From Methanomassiliicoccus sp. UBA386 (lineage in GTDB: Archaea; Thermoplasmatota; Thermoplasmata; Methanomassiliicoccales; Methanomassiliicoccaceae): a stretch of DNA of 64,000 nucleotides. A program made the position numbers and the translations under genes. Shown here one piece after another: positions 62,212 through 64,000 of this stretch. Positions within the stretch are counted from its first letter, which is position 1, and each line of letters starts with the position of its first letter. The stretch is taken from positions 22,148 to 86,147 of the forward strand of contig DAGU01000023.1 of the NCBI GenBank assembly GCA_002498285.1, read 5' to 3'. Below the pieces are notes generated by a model that was given only the letters and a program-made list of their open reading frames with translations, was not told the DNA's origin and made no database searches.

Positions 62212-63396
62212 ATGCATCCCTCGGAGGGGATCCGCTCCGCCAAGAGCAGGCTCCTTGAAGGAAAGCGCATCGTACTGGGCATAACGGGCAGCATTGCCGC
62301 GGTGGAATGTTTCGAACTGGCCCGCGAGCTGATCCGCCACGGCGCCGAAGTGCGGGCCGTCATGTCGCCTGAAGCGCTGAAGCTCGTCACCCCTGATGCC
62401 ATGCATTTCGCCACTGGCCATGAGGTCATCACCTCGCTTGATGGCCGAACGCAGCACGTGGACCTGCTGGGCGGCTACGACGACCATGCGGACCTGCTTC
62501 TCATCTCGCCGTGCACGGCGAACACGCTGTCCAAGATGGCGCTGGGGATAGACGACACGGCGGTGACGACCATGGCCACGGTGGCCATAGGCGGCGGCAT
62601 CCCGGTGCTGGTGGCGCCGGCCATGCACGCCTCCATGTTGAACCATCCTGCGGTGAGGAAGAACATGGACTACCTGCGGGAAATGGGCGTGGGGTTCATC
62701 GGCCCTCGGATGGAGGAGAAGAAGGCCAAGGTCGCTTCGGTGGAGGAGATCGTCGCCTCGACCATACGGCGGCTGGGGCCCATGGATCTAGAGGGGAGAA
62801 AAATACTCATCATCGGCGGCGCGTCCGAGGAGCCGATCGACGACGTCCGGGTCATCACCAACCGCTCCACCGGAGAGACGGCCATAGATCTGGCGGTAGC
62901 GGCCTGGCTGCGCGGCGCCGACGTGGAGCTGTTGAGCGGACGCATGTCCTGCCCGGTGCCGTCGTTCATCAGGAAGCGTGAGTTCAGGCGCGTGGCCGAC
63001 CTGCTGAGCATGGCGGGTGATGAGCGAGACATCGTGATCGTTCCTGCCGCCCTGTCCGACTATGCGCCCGTACCGTCCGAGGGGAAGATATCTTCCGGCC
63101 TGGACGCTCTGGAGGTCAAGCTGTCTCCCGTACCGAAGGTGCTTCCCGCCCTGCGCCCCATCACCAGGTTCCTGGTGGGGTTCAAGGCGGAGGTCGGCCT
63201 GTCCGAGGACGAGTTGCTGCTACGCGCCCGCCGGCGCCTGGAGGAGCACAGCCTGGACCTCATCGTGGCCAATGACCTCGACAGCGTATCGAAAGGGATG
63301 ACGACGGCGTTCATCCTCCGGCCCGATGGCTCGCTCGAGAGATATGGAGGCAGCAAGTCAGGACTAGCAGACCGCATACTGGACGAGGTGCGTTAA
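62212..63396 (+). CDS. coaBC: Bifunctional phosphopantothenoylcysteine decarboxylase/synthetase
   Basis: GITGSIAA, PCTANTLSK, PAMH, EPIDDVR.ITNRSTG, AALSDY, VGFKAE, VAND. Confidence 0.95.
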   Translation: MHPSEGIRSAKSRLLEGKRIVLGITGSIAAVECFELARELIRHGAEVRAVMSPEALKLVTPDAMHFATGHEVITSLDGRTQHVDLLGGYDDHADLLLISPCTANTLSKMALGIDDTAVTTMATVAIGGGIPVLVAPAMHASMLNHPAVRKNMDYLREMGVGFIGPRMEEKKAKVASVEEIVASTIRRLGPMDLEGRKILIIGGASEEPIDDVRVITNRSTGETAIDLAVAAWLRGADVELLSGRMSCPVPSFIRKREFRRVADLLSMAGDERDIVIVPAALSDYAPVPSEGKISSGLDALEVKLSPVPKVLPALRPITRFLVGFKAEVGLSEDELLLRARRRLEEHSLDLIVANDLDSVSKGMTTAFILRPDGSLERYGGSKSGLADRILDEVR

Positions 63397-63400
63397 CAGA

Positions 63401-64000
63401 ATGAGGGCCACCGGTTTCTGTCCAGGACACATAACCGGGTTCTTCTACCCCTGCCCGCACGACGATGTGCTGTCGTCCGGTTCAAGGGGGGCGGGGATGT
63501 GCGTGCACCTCGGCGCCAGGAGCGAGGTCGCCCTGAACGATACGGGAAAGGTGCGCGCGTCCATAAGCGGGGCCGAAGGCACAGCCCTGGTGACCAGGGC
63601 AGCGGTGGCGGACCTGCTGCCCCCGGGCGTCGGTGCCACCGTCGATACCGTTCTCGAACTGCCGATGGGCAGCGGCTTCGGCATGAGCGCGGCCGGAGCG
63701 CTCTCAGCCACCGTGGCTCTGGCCGATCTGCTTGGCCTGCCGCGCCAGAGCGCCTTCGAGGCGGCGCATCGCGCCGAGATCGCCAACCACAGCGGGCTCG
63801 GAGACGTCGCCGGCATTATGGCCGGCGGCATCGAGATCAGGAAACGAGAGGGGCTTCCGCCAGTGGGCGAGGTGGTCCGTCTGGCTGACGATCTGGACAT
63901 AGTGGCCTGCGTCGTCGGCCCTCGCATGTCCACCGCGGCGGTGCTCCGCTCCGAGGAGGACCTCCTGCCCCGCACGGGGAAGGAATGCCACCGGCGGCTG
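63401..64000 (+). CDS. Pantoate kinase (GHMP family), truncated by window end
   Basis: Manual translation MRATGFCPGHITGFF...SGSRGAG...LPMGSGFGMSAA...AHRAEI..HSGLGDV; follows coaBC. Confidence 0.88.
   Translation, partial: MRATGFCPGHITGFFYPCPHDDVLSSGSRGAGMCVHLGARSEVALNDTGKVRASISGAEGTALVTRAAVADLLPPGVGATVDTVLELPMGSGFGMSAAGALSATVALADLLGLPRQSAFEAAHRAEIANHSGLGDVAGIMAGGIEIRKREGLPPVGEVVRLADDLDIVACVVGPRMSTAAVLRSEEDLLPRTGKECHRRL

Overview
GC-rich archaeal chromosome segment, most consistent with a Methanomassiliicoccales methanogen (Thermoplasmata). The assignment is inferred from a headless fpoABCDHIJ operon, a methanogenesis marker 11 gene, thermosome plus dnaK/dnaJ/grpE, PAN, aMBF1, GINS, Alba and archaeal ppcA. 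Most of the window is dense housekeeping sequence: Fpo, proC, uppS, kptA, purH, gdh, polX, an AMP/form III RuBisCO operon, chaperones, tRNA-Lys, gcvPAB, tmk, coaBC and pantoate kinase. Two regions stand out. (1) At about 11.5-30.6 kb there is a bacterial-type tetrahydrofolate methyl branch: folD, fhs, split hdrA-mvhD-metV-metF, an acsE-like methyltransferase, an ASKHA corrinoid activator and folate-dependent purH. (2) Embedded in it at about 19.8-22.6 kb is a module with AT-rich intergenic DNA. It has two tandem paralogous 27/28-aa hydrophobic peptide genes missing from the ORF track, each with its own TATA box, an identical 32-nt leader and a terminator. Beside them is a very Cys-rich secreted protein with isopeptide-type domains. 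All three upstream regions share a TATC-N6-GAT(A/T) palindrome. No CRISPR array, rRNA or transposase was seen. All family assignments come from motif recognition, not database searches.
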